Assembly: GCF_000315625.1 (NCBI RefSeq)
Contig: NW_005434649.1
Span: 562,968 to 626,967, forward strand
Direction of reading: 5' to 3'
Length of the DNA stretch: 64,000 nt
Source: Guillardia theta CCMP2712
Taxonomy: Eukaryota > Protista > Cryptophyta
In this document: positions 61,311 to 64,000 of the stretch, one piece after another
Layout: the number at the start of each line of letters is the position of its first letter
How positions within the stretch are numbered: position 1 is the stretch's first letter
The notes under the pieces: model-generated
What the model saw: only the letters and a program-made list of their open reading frames with translations
Told to the model about the DNA's origin: nothing
Databases searched by the model: none
Position numbers and translations under genes: made by a program

Positions 61311-62498
61311 TTATTGACCACGCAGGTTCCTCCAGGTGACATACTTACGATGTCTAGATCCGATCTTGATGTCATGCATGTCCTTGGGGATGAGAAGAAG
61401 CTCACAGACATGCCCCTCAAGACCGAGGTTGTAGGCCTCCTGGCATACGAGGCACAGGTGGATGGCGACGTCCCGATAGCCTGCCGTGCTCCATGGGTCT
61501 AGGTCGGGATCGAGACGGTTCTTGATCCGCTTGACGGAGATATCCTGGTCGAGCTTGATGCACCTTACCGCGACTATGATGTCTTGTATGTGCTCGTAGA
61601 CGATGCTTTCTCGACAGACGTCGACTAGACGCGACGAGTCTCCGTCGTAGCACCGCACGACCTTCTCGACGCCTCGGGACGTTGACTTCTGCTTGCTCCA
61701 CTCCACCTCTGCGTACTGCAGGACGTTGCCAGCTTCGAGCTCGCACTCGACAGTCCCACTCACGGAGGCCGACCGTCTTAGCTTTCGAAGACTTCGGTCA
61801 TTGCCGGGCTTTCGCTTCAAAAGCCCATTGGATCTTCGAGCGATCTCGTACACTTTCCTTCGGAACACGTTTTGTATGATAGTCGCATGCAGGTAGATCT
61901 GATCGAGACTTGTGACTGGAGTGATCCAGTCATCTTGACTTGTTGCTGATCCAAGCCTCAGCATCGTCGAGATCGAAGTGCTGCGTGTTGTTCCTAATGG
62001 CTGATTCTTGTCTGTTGCTGCTGATCGCTTAGTCGGGATCCCGGCAATGAGAGCGCTATGTAGCCAGGAAGAGACCGAGCTCTTGCTACCTTCTTTCTGC
62101 AAAGGCTCATCAGGAAGTCTACGTCTAGTATGACGTGGAGGATCCTGTGAGCTCCATGTGAAGTGCTGAATGAATCCAAGCTCCTGAGTTGTTGAAGGAA
62201 TTGTATTCTTTTCAGGTACGCGAATGCAAACGTCCGTTGATGGGGTGGAGCTCGGCGGAACAGGTGACACTTGGTTGTGCAGTATGGCCGCTATACATGC
62301 TATCTCAGTTTCTGACCATGAGCGCGCGCCATGGTTTCCTGGCCATCTTTCCCTAGGGAGATTGGACTTAAAAAAAGAGGAAAGCGACCGGCAGCATTCT
62401 TTTTTCAAGAAAAAAAGAACTGTAAAATGGAATTTCAGGTTGTACATCATGGCAGGGCAGTAGGAAGGAATGTCTGCTGATGCCGGCAGAGAGTTCAA
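61311..62498 (-). CDS. Second copy of the RelA/SpoT-like C-terminal region, without the TM region; possibly a truncated gene or pseudogene
   Basis: 61317-62185 is near-identical to 14531-15396 (one 3-nt insertion); sequence further upstream is unrelated. Confidence 0.6.
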   Translation of the reverse strand: MNSLPASADIPSYCPAMMYNLKFHFTVLFFLKKECCRSLSSFFKSNLPRERWPGNHGARSWSETEIACIAAILHNQVSPVPPSSTPSTDVCIRVPEKNTIPSTTQELGFIQHFTWSSQDPPRHTRRRLPDEPLQKEGSKSSVSSWLHSALIAGIPTKRSAATDKNQPLGTTRSTSISTMLRLGSATSQDDWITPVTSLDQIYLHATIIQNVFRRKVYEIARRSNGLLKRKPGNDRSLRKLRRSASVSGTVECELEAGNVLQYAEVEWSKQKSTSRGVEKVVRCYDGDSSRLVDVCRESIVYEHIQDIIVAVRCIKLDQDISVKRIKNRLDPDLDPWSTAGYRDVAIHLCLVCQEAYNLGLEGHVCELLLIPKDMHDIKIGSRHRKYVTWRNLRGQ

Positions 62499-62505
62499 GA
62501 GTCCG

Positions 62506-64000
62506 ATGCTTCTGCTCCCTCTCCTCCTCTCCCTTCTCTCTTGTACATCTGTCCTTCACTCTACCGCCGCCTTCGTCTCCCCTTCCCCCGCCATGCCAAG
62601 TGGATTATCGATCAGGGCAACGAGGCCTTCGTGGAGAACCGCAGGAAGGTGTCCCTCCCGTCCTGTGTGGATGAGCTTAGCTGATCAACCGAGCCATGGC
62701 AAACGCAATCTCAGGAATGAGAAAAAGGATAATGCGACTGTTTCGCAGCTGATCAATCAAGGGATTCTTAGAGCAGAGCTGGGGGATTTCCTGAAAGCCA
62801 GCCATGTGACCGAGTCGATCTTAGAAGAATCGGTTCTTCCCGAGGAAGATGCTAGTGTTACAGTTGTGAACTTGGCCCTCCAGCGCGCCCTGTCCTCTTC
62901 GCTGAACCTCACTCTCTGGAACGAGATCGCCAGTGATCCATTTGTGAGCGACTAGACGCTAATCTCGAAAACCCAACGGGGCATGACTTTTCTTGCAGCT
63001 GCAATCACGTTGGAGAAATCAAGAGACCTTCAAGTCTATCCTCTATGGATATGACAGGATCTTCAGTTCTATTCCTGTTGAGAGCTTGCCGCGAAAAGAC
63101 CTTTCAAAGGCGATCTCAACGCTAGCAGATCTCACCGTTACTGTTGTGCTGCACAACAACCTTGAAGAGCGCGAGGTGATGGTGAGACTGATCTCTCAGA
63201 CAAGAGAGAGAATCTTGCGACATGACGTGTCCTCCTCGTCCCTTTACGTTTCCGAGTTCATGTCGAAACTGAAGAGGCTGCAGAAACTTGGTCGTCGCAG
63301 CTGCTCTTTTGTGTGTGTGACCTGATCACCTTGCAACAGAGACCAAGGAAGGCATCATGCTCCTCTTGACCATGTTGGATGCGGTCTATAACTTCCTGCA
63401 TCTTCCATGTCGTGATGGTGAGCAGATGTTGGTCGCCAATCAAGAGACTTCCAGCTGCTTCGCCATGGTATGGTGCTGAAAACTACAAGTACTGGTAGCT
63501 GAGGCTGAAGACGCAGACGAGGATCGTGAGGGAGGAGCTCGAAGAGTTGGATGGGTGTTTGCATGAAATGATTCTACCTTCTGCCATCACACTGACTGCA
63601 AGTCCATAGACAAACATTTGCAAGTGAAAGCAATCAAGTCCTGCAACTGATCTTCAAAGTTGCCTCCTTACCTAGAGACACCGACCAAGTCGTCTCAGTG
63701 CGCACGACCCAAGAATTGTCTCAGAAGATCAACAAGATCGAAGCACTCAAAGAGGTAGAAAGACAGATGGATACAAGTCTTGGAGACTGACGGTCCCCCT
63801 GCTCCGTCAGGGAAACGATCTCCTGCGGAACATGCTCCGTCGCAACGTGCATGTCGACACCAAGAGTGAAGAATCGATGTGCGAGGCCTTTCTTGCCTGT
63901 GATTATCGTGCGAGCGAGGCTCTAGAGGTTTCTGGGCCCATGAGATGGTGAGGAGAGGATAACGCGCATGCAGATCGCCTTGGGAGCGATGGAGGAGTTC
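62506..64000 (+). CDS. Plastid-targeted helical protein of unknown function, runs off the right edge
   Basis: MLLLPLLLSLLSCTSVLHSTAAF-VSPSP: signal peptide with AF cleavage motif and an S/R-rich transit peptide. Confidence 0.6.

Overview
Eukaryotic nuclear DNA with densely packed genes, short GT-AG introns, many microsatellites and two N-gaps. Bipartite signal peptide + 'ASAF/AAF/CSF' plastid-targeting leaders point to an alga with a secondary red plastid, most likely a cryptophyte such as Guillardia theta (inference). About 28 genes are visible. Recognisable housekeeping genes: plastid FabG, PEX3, GCP4, APC5, eIF4A, a purple acid phosphatase, TMEM14, a JmjC protein, a PCO/ADO cysteine dioxygenase, a class I/II aminotransferase and a DUF151+UVR protein. 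The most unusual items are: (1) an intronless receptor-like multi-TM protein ending in a RelA/SpoT-type synthetase-like domain, plus a near-identical copy of only its C-terminal part 47 kb away; (2) an intronless prokaryote/virus-type ParA/Soj ATPase; (3) a Nop10-domain protein with a signal peptide and a ubiquitin-C-terminus-like LRLRGG motif, a candidate periplastid/nucleomorph import substrate; (4) GGGGTA/TACCCC/GTAC motif clusters confined to 5' intergenic regions; (5) an inverted paralog pair with a 663-bp homogenised tract; (6) complementary intronic microsatellites flanking a symmetric exon. Exon boundaries and family assignments were made by eye, without database searches.
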